This document shows positions 28,757-36,260 of a stretch of DNA of 64,000 nt, piece after piece (the stretch's first letter is position 1; every line of letters begins with the position of its first letter). The stretch is from Bacteroidaceae bacterium (GTDB taxonomy: Bacteria; Bacteroidota; Bacteroidia; Bacteroidales; Bacteroidaceae). A program made the translations under genes and the position numbers. The stretch spans positions 3,794 through 67,793 of the forward strand of contig JAFYQH010000057.1 of NCBI GenBank assembly GCA_017547205.1, given 5' to 3'. Below the pieces are notes generated by a model. The model was not told where the DNA came from. It worked only from the letters and a program-made list of their open reading frames with translations, and did no database searches.

Positions 28757-29743
28757 GTGAATAATCTGTTTAAAACAGTATATTGTTCTCTATTCATTAT
28801 GCTACTCCCGCTATCTTTGTGGGGGCAGCATAATGGCATTTTGGGTGACAGGTTACGTAACGAGGCACTGAAGGCTTCGGAAGAGATTCCCGCAATATCG
28901 GTGCTCTTTAATTTCGCTGAACGTTATTTGGGAATGCTGCGGGACATGGACAATGCCGAACGTTCATCTCGCATGCAGCGCGATGATGTACGCATATTAA
29001 AGGGAAGTGTAGAGGCTCTTGCCCGGATAAACGATAAGACATCTTGGGCTTTTGCCGAGAAGAATGACAGGTATAACCTGCTCATATCCAATTCAGGAAC
29101 TCCTTTGATAGAGATGTCTGTCCCGGCATCTTGTCAGTTGCTTACAGGAAAGAATCTCAAGGAACTTGAACGTGATTTCTTTGCCGGGCTTGACAATTAT
29201 TCGTTCAGAGTTGTCGATACGTTGTCGGCCGATGTTTCGGAATGCGAACATCTCCACGGAAACTATTACCTTAAACCAGGTGAGTCGTACCAGATTAAAG
29301 AAATAAACAGCAACCTTTATCTGGAAAATGTTGACAATAGCCTGCAATTGGTATTCGATGTCGATCATCCGGCTGAGAGTTGTCACAATCTTCTTCTATT
29401 GGAGACATGCCCCGGAGATGTGTTGTTGCAGCTAGTTGTACGTAAATACGGATTAAAGAAAGAAGAACGTACTTTACCTCTGCGGCTATGGCTATCGTAT
29501 CTGAAGGTACTCGGATGCAATATATACATAGGAGTAGAAGAGATGAATGCCGACCATATCAGAGTTGCATTCTTTGCAGTCAATACAATAATGAGGTTCA
29601 ATCACATAATGAATGCCGAAGTACCATACTCAATCTTCAAGGATGGTAAGGGGACTGTAAAAGGTGACCTCAATACGTTTATTCCAACTCACAATATATC
29701 GGCACTGTTTGATGAACTGAATCAACATTCCGGCGGTAAGTGA
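28757..29743 (+). CDS. Signal-peptide protein of unknown family. Cassette gene 4.
   Basis: GTG start 5 nt after the previous stop. Signal peptide MNNLFKTVYCSLFIMLLPLSLWGQ. No recognisable motifs. Confidence 0.65.
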   Translation: MNNLFKTVYCSLFIMLLPLSLWGQHNGILGDRLRNEALKASEEIPAISVLFNFAERYLGMLRDMDNAERSSRMQRDDVRILKGSVEALARINDKTSWAFAEKNDRYNLLISNSGTPLIEMSVPASCQLLTGKNLKELERDFFAGLDNYSFRVVDTLSADVSECEHLHGNYYLKPGESYQIKEINSNLYLENVDNSLQLVFDVDHPAESCHNLLLLETCPGDVLLQLVVRKYGLKKEERTLPLRLWLSYLKVLGCNIYIGVEEMNADHIRVAFFAVNTIMRFNHIMNAEVPYSIFKDGKGTVKGDLNTFIPTHNISALFDELNQHSGGK

Positions 29744-29772
29744 CAGATAGATACGGTTAAAAAACAATAATT

Positions 29773-30501
29773 ATGAAAAAGTCTTTTATACTATTTATTT
29801 TAGGTATCAGTTTTGCTTGTGTTATTAATGCACAGAATAATGACGATACAAAAGCACAGATAAACAAAATCAAACGCTCTACGCAGTATCTTTCGGCCGA
29901 GGCTACAATGGCAACGGAAGAGGAGGCATTGAACTTGGCAAGAGAGCTGCTAGTCGCAGAGATAAACGATTGGGTTGCTTCGAAAAGAAAAGGCGCAGAA
30001 GTCAAGCAGGTTGTTCTACAGGATATAAATTCATGTGCCCAGCAGATGGATATGAAACGAGGTGTAAAGACCCGTGCATTTCTCTATGTAAAGAAGAAAG
30101 ATATAGTGCTGATATATGGTGAAGGCCAGATTGTGCTGAACAATGAGGAGAGTGGAGTTGACTTGCAGCCCCTATCGGAGATATCCACCCCGTTGCAGAA
30201 TGATGTCGCCGTTGTCGAAAATGCCGAAGATACATCTTTTAAGAAGATATTGGGTGCAAAGACAATGACAGACTTGAAACCGATTTTTGCTTCATTGAAG
30301 AATGACGGCAAGATAAAATATGGCAGCTACAATTCAGATATAGTTCTGGAAGAGTGTTATTTGCTGTTCTACACACGCGAAGGCAATATAAAGTCCATTG
30401 TCCGCAAGAACAGAGACAATTACACTGATGCAAAGGGCAAAAAGACAATTAACCTGTCCGACTTCAGCGGTTGTGGTGCATATTGGTTCATTTTACAGTA
30501 A
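29773..30501 (+). CDS. Signal-peptide protein of unknown family. Cassette gene 5.
   Basis: Signal peptide MKKSFILFILGISFACVINAQ. Gap to the upstream gene is 29 nt. Confidence 0.7.
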   Translation: MKKSFILFILGISFACVINAQNNDDTKAQINKIKRSTQYLSAEATMATEEEALNLARELLVAEINDWVASKRKGAEVKQVVLQDINSCAQQMDMKRGVKTRAFLYVKKKDIVLIYGEGQIVLNNEESGVDLQPLSEISTPLQNDVAVVENAEDTSFKKILGAKTMTDLKPIFASLKNDGKIKYGSYNSDIVLEECYLLFYTREGNIKSIVRKNRDNYTDAKGKKTINLSDFSGCGAYWFILQ

Positions 30502-30519
30502 AAGTATAAATATAATATT

Positions 30520-31518
30520 ATGAGAAATTTATTACGTTGGCTGACGGTTGCCGTTTGTTTTTCTGCAATAGTTACCGTCAATGCACAGGAAGGAGTTAAA
30601 TTGGAGATTGTAGATGGTCTGTATAATGATGCTCTGAAAACAAAAATGGAGAGGTCGGCAAGCCGGTTGCTTACCGAGATAAATGCTGCATACAACGATA
30701 ACCGCGCATTGAACCTGGTAAACATGGGTCTTTCCGACGGTGCTGTCAGCGGTCTTGCAGCCCTTTGGGAGAATGTTCATTTCTATTGCGACGACAGTGA
30801 GGTAGTGCAGTCTTGTCTTACTGTGGGCAATACTTATCAGGTGCGCCAAATTCCATTAATGATCAAGCCTCAAGGCGAGAGCCTCGATGATGAATATCAG
30901 GAGGCTGTCATAAACTTTGACGCTACGGGCAAAATAACACGTTTCAATTTTACGCTTAGCACAAATGTCTATCAGAATGTGATGAAGAAGGGCAAGACCG
31001 TAACAGAAGTCAGCCGTCGTCAACAGATTCTCTCCTATGTTGAGCAGTTCCGTACAGCATATAATGAAAAGGATATTGTTTTCCTGGAGAATATCTTTAG
31101 TGAGGATGCTCTTATCATCACTGGTACTGTAACAAAAGTCAGGAAGACTGACGGTGTTGGTATATCATACAATAAGGTAACATATAAGAAACAGAACAAA
31201 CAGCAGTATATCGCTAACCTGAAAAGAAGCTTTGCGAGCAACAAGTGGATAAATGTGCTCTTTGAGGATGTAAAGGTTGTCAAGCATCCGAATCCTATGA
31301 TGGAAGGCTTCTATGGTGTAACAGTCCGTCAGAAGTACTCAAACAGCCGTGGTTACAGCGACGATGGCTATCTTTTCCTATTGTGGGATTTCCGCGACAA
31401 GGACAATGTTCAGATACACGTACGTACATGGCAACCTTACTGGATGGACGACAATAAGACACAGCCTATTGCAAAAGAAGATGTCTTTACACCTGGGGAT
31501 TTTGTAATTGACCTATAA
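30520..31518 (+). CDS. Signal-peptide protein whose C-terminal half is possibly NTF2/SnoaL-like. Cassette gene 6.
   Basis: Signal peptide MRNLLRWLTVAVCFSAIVTVNAQ. The C-terminal pattern is ILSYVEQFRTAYNEKDIVFLENIFSEDALIITG...YIANLKRSF...FYGVTVRQKY...GYLFLLWDF. Gap is 18 nt. Confidence 0.65.
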   Translation: MRNLLRWLTVAVCFSAIVTVNAQEGVKLEIVDGLYNDALKTKMERSASRLLTEINAAYNDNRALNLVNMGLSDGAVSGLAALWENVHFYCDDSEVVQSCLTVGNTYQVRQIPLMIKPQGESLDDEYQEAVINFDATGKITRFNFTLSTNVYQNVMKKGKTVTEVSRRQQILSYVEQFRTAYNEKDIVFLENIFSEDALIITGTVTKVRKTDGVGISYNKVTYKKQNKQQYIANLKRSFASNKWINVLFEDVKVVKHPNPMMEGFYGVTVRQKYSNSRGYSDDGYLFLLWDFRDKDNVQIHVRTWQPYWMDDNKTQPIAKEDVFTPGDFVIDL

Positions 31519-31529
31519 TTCAAATAGTT

Positions 31530-32927
31530 ATGAAGGTGTTGGAAAAGATAATCCTTTTATCGCTCTTGTTATTCATTGCTGTTGTAAAGATAAACGCACA
31601 GGACTACAATACAGTCCTTGTGTCACCGGTAGAGAATAAGGACAAGACAGCCCCGGCTGACGGAGTTATCATTATAATTACATCGAACTGCGACAATCTC
31701 ATAATGTCGCATAGTGTAGGAATAGAGAAGGGTGTAAAGAGTATCGAAAGCAACGGACGCTACAAATACACTATAGAATATACATTCCCCGAGGATTATG
31801 ATGATGATTTCATGAAGACGCAATTGCAGTTGCGCTTGCCTATAGGCCAGGAAACAGTTCCGCTCACAATGTACAAGGGAAAGGTGTATGAAGGTGAATA
31901 CAATGAACGTACAAGCATTGCTGTAAACCGTGAGAAGGATGCCGTTTATCCATATGCCAAATTCGCTAAGGTTACTTTCATGTCGGCATTTACCAACCTT
32001 ACCATATCGTGCAACGGTATCGTATGTTTCGAAAACGGCAAGCCAGTTTCGTTGAGCAACTGCAACATGAAGGCATCTACCGAAACGGTTGGCGAACAGA
32101 AGGACTATGCAATTGTATTCAACCTCGCTCCCGAGACCAAGGGCAAAAACGATGTCACTGGCAATGCTATATTCAAGATAAGCTCTCCCGATTTCAGCAG
32201 TGTTGAAGTCAAACAGGATGAATTGGTTGGCCGTACCTCCTATCTGTTTATGGTGGTAAGGGCAAACGGTGAAACATACGAAGAGGTGCTTGCTATTGCC
32301 CAGGAAAAGGAATCGGGTTATGAGAAAGAGACTACAAGTGCATATTTTGCGGCTGTTGCCGATGCATACGAAGCTGCAAGCAAGCATTTGCAGTGCCCTG
32401 TTGACAAGAAAGAAACTCATCAGATACAGGCAAACAAGTTCAAGAAGATACGTAACCACACAAATGCCATAAACCAGGCCGACGAGCGTTGGCGCAAGGT
32501 CGCTGCAGATGAGGGTTTCGAATCGTCCAATGTGTGGAAATACCTGAATTTTGAACGTAAGCGTCTGCGTGCGTTGATTGAGGAGTTCCCCGAAATGGAG
32601 TATTATACCAAACTGTTGAGTGAGATAGATGCCGAATATATGAAGCACCCCTCATCTACAGTTGAATATCCGGTTATCAAGGGAACCGTTTCTGCTGGTG
32701 ACGGTTGGATATTCCCAGTGGATATAGATATATACGCATCGGATGTATATATAGACGGCATCGGTGATGTGAAGAAACACAACCTTAAGAAAGTTGGTAC
32801 AGTGCAAGGTGGCAAATATTCGATAACATTGCGCGAAAAATGCAAATATCTCTATTTCCAGGGAGAGAGCCGTTCGCATTCTATCGAGTACGTGACACAG
32901 ACACTTGACGTGGAGCTAGTTCCATGA
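31530..32927 (+). CDS. Signal-peptide protein of unknown family (beta-rich N-terminus, helical middle, beta-rich C-terminus). Cassette gene 7.
   Basis: Signal peptide MKVLEKIILLSLLLFIAVVKINAQ. Gap is 11 nt. Confidence 0.7.
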   Translation: MKVLEKIILLSLLLFIAVVKINAQDYNTVLVSPVENKDKTAPADGVIIIITSNCDNLIMSHSVGIEKGVKSIESNGRYKYTIEYTFPEDYDDDFMKTQLQLRLPIGQETVPLTMYKGKVYEGEYNERTSIAVNREKDAVYPYAKFAKVTFMSAFTNLTISCNGIVCFENGKPVSLSNCNMKASTETVGEQKDYAIVFNLAPETKGKNDVTGNAIFKISSPDFSSVEVKQDELVGRTSYLFMVVRANGETYEEVLAIAQEKESGYEKETTSAYFAAVADAYEAASKHLQCPVDKKETHQIQANKFKKIRNHTNAINQADERWRKVAADEGFESSNVWKYLNFERKRLRALIEEFPEMEYYTKLLSEIDAEYMKHPSSTVEYPVIKGTVSAGDGWIFPVDIDIYASDVYIDGIGDVKKHNLKKVGTVQGGKYSITLREKCKYLYFQGESRSHSIEYVTQTLDVELVP

Positions 32928-32968
32928 TTAAACATAACATTATTAGTATAATATTAAATTAAAAAACT

Positions 32969-33766
32969 ATGAAGACATTGACAAAAGTGATGGTTGCAAT
33001 GCTTGCAGTCATGATGATGGTACCTATGAGTGCAGAAGCTTCGAGTCAGAAGAAAAAGAAAGAAAAGAAAAAATTTGAGTGGGTTATGCCCGAACTGACA
33101 GGAAATGAAAGCTTTGACCAGTATTTGTTAAGCTGTGACACCATTTGGAACAGGACTAAGGTCGTTGCCGAGAATATGCACACCTATACATTCAAGACCG
33201 ACACATTGCGTGGAATTAATGGTTCAGATTATGTTATGGCCCACATGGAAGATGCTTCAGGTGCGTATCTTACTCGCGGTGCAGTTACATGGCAGCTGAT
33301 TGAAGCAATCAAGGAAGGTGCCGGCATTGTACTCGATATTGCAAACATCGGTGTCCTGACAGCTGCGGCAACAACAGCATTGCCGGGTCTGGGCGTTAAG
33401 GCACTGTCTTACGGCAAGTATCTTAAATCGGGACCGAAAATCATTCAAGGTTGCGGTTCTGAGATTAAGGAGATTGCAGCAGTACGCCGTCAGCAATACC
33501 AGCAGTGGAAGTCTATGAAAGAGGGTGCTGTCGATGCGTCAACACTAGGTATATGGAACGAGGAGCAGCTGAAGTCTCTCTCCAAGTGCTGTTTCATCAC
33601 TAAGCTCGACACTACCACAAGCCGTGAGCTTACTCCCGAAGAGGTTGCTGCTCAGGAGGCTCTTATGGGCGGTTTGAACATATCTGTCGCACCAGAGGTG
33701 TTAGGCCAGACACTCGATGCCGAGCCAGAGGACCTCGATGCCCTCATGGAAGCCGAGGGTGTTTGA
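32969..33766 (+). CDS. Signal-peptide protein with a poly-Lys stretch and an acidic tail. Cassette gene 8.
   Basis: MKTLTKVMVAMLAVMMMVPMSAEASSQKKKKEKKKFEW... There is an internal hydrophobic segment, GIVLDIANIGVLTAAATTALPGLGV. The acidic C-terminus is AEPEDLDALMEAEGV. Confidence 0.7.
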   Translation: MKTLTKVMVAMLAVMMMVPMSAEASSQKKKKEKKKFEWVMPELTGNESFDQYLLSCDTIWNRTKVVAENMHTYTFKTDTLRGINGSDYVMAHMEDASGAYLTRGAVTWQLIEAIKEGAGIVLDIANIGVLTAAATTALPGLGVKALSYGKYLKSGPKIIQGCGSEIKEIAAVRRQQYQQWKSMKEGAVDASTLGIWNEEQLKSLSKCCFITKLDTTTSRELTPEEVAAQEALMGGLNISVAPEVLGQTLDAEPEDLDALMEAEGV

Positions 33767-33780
33767 TAACCCCAGTGCAC

Positions 33781-33832
33781 TATATAAAATATTTGGAACA
33801 GCAGAACTCTGCTGTTCCAAATATTTTATATA
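33781..33832 (+). terminator. Strong hairpin (24-bp perfect stem) after cassette gene 8
   Basis: tatataaaatatttggaacagcag-aact-ctgctgttccaaatattttatata. The GC-rich core is followed by an A/U-rich tract. Confidence 0.7.
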
Positions 33833-33845
33833 ACTTTACCGTTAA

Positions 33846-35585
33846 ATGAAACCTATTGTTTGTGTTGCTATGAATAGAGCATTTATCCTTTTTATACTGT
33901 CACTGTTTTCCTTTTCAATATATGCCCAGAACATACGTGTGGAGTCTTTCGGCATTGTCATGAACGATGCCACAGCATCTGCTTCTCCTGTACTGGATGC
34001 CAATGATGACCCTTGTGCTCTCATACGTCTTGTAACCACCGACAAGGAATATGAAATAGACGGCAACATCAAACGTGTTGAGAAGACGGGCGAGCTGCTC
34101 TTCTATGTTCCTTCCGGTACCCGTCAAGTGACAATACGCCACAGCAGCTTAGGTGTCCTGAACTACTCCTTTGAGCAGCGTCTGCAGTCAAAGGCCACAT
34201 ACAGAATGGTTCTGCCGTCGAACACCATCGTAATACATAGTGAGGACAGAGGCGGCCATTATCTTGTGATGAGGATTGTCCCGGCCAATGCCGTAGTGCA
34301 TATAGACGGAATGCTGGAGAATGTGAGAGATGGCCTGTTGCAGAAATTCCTCCCTTATGGCATGCATACCTATCGTGTAGAAGCTCCATTATACAGCATG
34401 GAGGAGGGGAGTGTGGAGATAGGGCGTGAGAAGAAACAACTGGACATATCTCTGAAACCCAATTTTGCCAATGTTACACTAAAGGCACAAGGTGCTGAGA
34501 TAAAAGTGAACAGCGAGTCCAAAGGCAACGGCTCATGGAGCGGCCGCCTCAATCCCGGAACATATCTGGTGGAAACTGTAAAGCCCGGATACCGCAACGC
34601 TTCATATACTCTTGTCGTTGTTAGCGGAGAGGACAGAAGTGTAGACTTGCCGATGCCTACACCCATGTACGCATCGCTCGATGTAAGCAGTAATGCAGTG
34701 AATGGCAGTGTCTATGTCGATGGTAAGCATATTGGCAACACCCCTGACATATTCAAGGTACTTGCCGGGAAGCATACCGTTGAATTGCGCGCAAACGGTT
34801 ATGAATCGAAGAGCTATACAGTTGAACTGGCCGAGGGAGAAGCTAAAAAATTATTTGCAGAACTTAAGGAAACTGCCAAATCTACATATGGAGGACAGGC
34901 AACAACCGCTTCATCAAGTAGTAATTGCACTATCAATGGCCACGAATATGTTGATTTGGGTTTGCCAAGCGGACTTAAATGGGCAACCTGCAATGTAGGT
35001 GCAAATGCGTCAGAAGAGTATGGCAATTATTATGCCTGGGGCGAGACAAAAACCAAGAAAAGTTATAATACAGGTAATAGCAAAACCTGTGGAGAAAGCA
35101 ATGTCCCTTCTGATATAAGCGGAATCCATGCATACGATGCAGCCCTTAAGAACTGGGGCGGCAGTTGGCGTATGCCCACATGGGAAGAATTTAAGGAACT
35201 GCTGAAATATTGTACCTGGACCTGGGCATCCCGTAACGGCAAGAATGGCTATGAGGTCAAGAGCAAGAAGAATGGTAACAGCATCTTTCTGCCTGCGGCC
35301 GGTTACCGCTGTGATGGGTGGTCCAACTACGATGGGGCTCGCGGTTGCTATTGGAGTGCTACGCCTGTCGAGAGCAATCCCATATTAAACATAATTTGGG
35401 GTAGTTCCTCGAGTGCGTACAGCCTTTTCTTCGATAATAGTGGCAAACTCATCGATATTGCCGAGGACCACATGTATTGGCACATACGTTACCACGGTCT
35501 AAGTGTTCGCCCAGTCCTCGAAGAGGAGAAAGCTATATTAATTGAATTTGAGAAGCGAGACCGAAACCAGGAGCAGCTACAATGA
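33846..35585 (+). CDS. PEGA-repeat protein with a C-terminal DUF1566 / Fibrobacter-paralogous-type domain
   Basis: The signal peptide is best read from the alternative start at 33870 (MNRAFILFILSLFSFSIYAQ). PEGA-like repeats include VYVDGKHIGNTPDIFKVLAGKHTVELRANGYESKSYTVEL. The C-terminus has INGHEYVDLGLPSGLKWATCNVGA...YYAWGE...WRMPTWEEFKELL...IFLPAAGYR...YWSATP. Confidence 0.75.
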   Translation: MKPIVCVAMNRAFILFILSLFSFSIYAQNIRVESFGIVMNDATASASPVLDANDDPCALIRLVTTDKEYEIDGNIKRVEKTGELLFYVPSGTRQVTIRHSSLGVLNYSFEQRLQSKATYRMVLPSNTIVIHSEDRGGHYLVMRIVPANAVVHIDGMLENVRDGLLQKFLPYGMHTYRVEAPLYSMEEGSVEIGREKKQLDISLKPNFANVTLKAQGAEIKVNSESKGNGSWSGRLNPGTYLVETVKPGYRNASYTLVVVSGEDRSVDLPMPTPMYASLDVSSNAVNGSVYVDGKHIGNTPDIFKVLAGKHTVELRANGYESKSYTVELAEGEAKKLFAELKETAKSTYGGQATTASSSSNCTINGHEYVDLGLPSGLKWATCNVGANASEEYGNYYAWGETKTKKSYNTGNSKTCGESNVPSDISGIHAYDAALKNWGGSWRMPTWEEFKELLKYCTWTWASRNGKNGYEVKSKKNGNSIFLPAAGYRCDGWSNYDGARGCYWSATPVESNPILNIIWGSSSSAYSLFFDNSGKLIDIAEDHMYWHIRYHGLSVRPVLEEEKAILIEFEKRDRNQEQLQ

Positions 35586-35689
35586 TGATTACGCTGAAAT
35601 ATTATACCTGGACCTGGGAAAGCTATCCCCGCAAGCGGTGCAAAAAATCAGTAAAACCCACTACTCCAAATAAAACCACTTTTGAATGA
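35582..35689 (+). pseudogene. Possible remnant of a paralogous DUF1566-type gene
   Basis: Positions 35593-35619 (gctgaaatattatacctggacctggg) match 35201-35227, inside the upstream CDS, at 26 of 27 nt. The remnant reads MMITLKYYTWTWESYPRKRC... for 35 codons. Confidence 0.3.
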
Positions 35690-35700
35690 TAATAAATATT

Positions 35701-35903
35701 ATGTTTAATATGGTTTTGATATTTGCACGCTATCCTGGATTCTCGTACATTTTTCGAAATTTCCGTAAGCAGGTGAAAATACATAATTAATAATTAAACA
35801 TGTCTTATGTTTAATATGGTTTTGATATTTGCACACAATCCTGGATTACGTACAGTTTTTCGAAATTTTCGTAAGCAGGTGATATTTGCACACAACCTGA
35901 ATT
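35701..35903. repeat. Tandem direct repeat (two 76-bp copies with a 106-bp period, plus a partial third copy)
   Basis: Copy 1 (35701-35776) is atgtttaatatggttttgatatttgcacgctatcctggattctcgtacatttttcgaaatttccgtaagcaggtga. Copy 2 (35807-35882) is about 90% identical. gatatttgcacacaacctgaatt (35881-35903) repeats the core a third time. Confidence 0.85.
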
Positions 35904-35930
35904 TTTTGTAACTTGCATAATAAATTTCAT

Positions 35931-36260
35931 ATGACTATGAACGATAACAGAATTCTTAGACTTATTGACTCCTCGTACAAGGAGTGTGAGGTTACCGGTA
36001 GAGATATGGGTGGAGATTACACATTTGAGATTCCTGTAGCAGACCTTGCCCTTGGATATGTTGAGTGGACTTCTGATTTTAGGCCAAACCATGGTGTCAA
36101 CATTGTTGAAATTGGTGAGAAATATATAAAGCTCGAAGTTATATCTGTTTCGCGCCAGTCCAGAGATTCCTATACACTCTATGTTGGAGACAAAAAGAGC
36201 ATGAATTATATGTTCGGTGAATGGAGTTTTGGCTATACGATATCTGTTGAGAATAGATAA
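35931..36260 (+). CDS. Small hypothetical protein, apparently translationally coupled to the downstream Dus gene
   Basis: MTMNDNRILRLIDSSYKECEVTGRDMGGDYTFEIP... Its stop, TAA at 36258-36260, overlaps the ATG at 36260-36262 (TAATG). The ORF-track start at 35913 is a TTG. Confidence 0.5.
   Translation: MTMNDNRILRLIDSSYKECEVTGRDMGGDYTFEIPVADLALGYVEWTSDFRPNHGVNIVEIGEKYIKLEVISVSRQSRDSYTLYVGDKKSMNYMFGEWSFGYTISVENR

Noticed and set aside
31623-32648. A 341-aa ORF antisense to cassette gene 7.
   Set aside because: It lies entirely inside a sense ORF that has a signal peptide and operon-consistent spacing. Its composition is Cys/Phe/Leu/Ile-rich with no motifs, which is typical of shadow ORFs. Other long antisense ORFs in the cassette (26025-26468, 26745-27311) are rejected for the same reason.
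24352-35585. Interpreting the tubulin-like cassette as a plasmid or phage TubZ/PhuZ segregation module, or as a mobile genomic island.
   Set aside because: There is no TubR-like small DNA-binding gene, centromere-like iterons, phage structural or replication genes, integrase, transposase or tRNA attachment site. The flanks are housekeeping genes. The protein is also more than twice the size of TubZ or PhuZ and carries different accessory domains.
35701-35903. Whether the tandem repeat could be a small CRISPR array.
   Set aside because: There are only about 2.3 copies. The repeat unit is 76 bp with ~30-bp spacers, which is the wrong geometry. There are no cas genes in the window, and the copies are imperfect.
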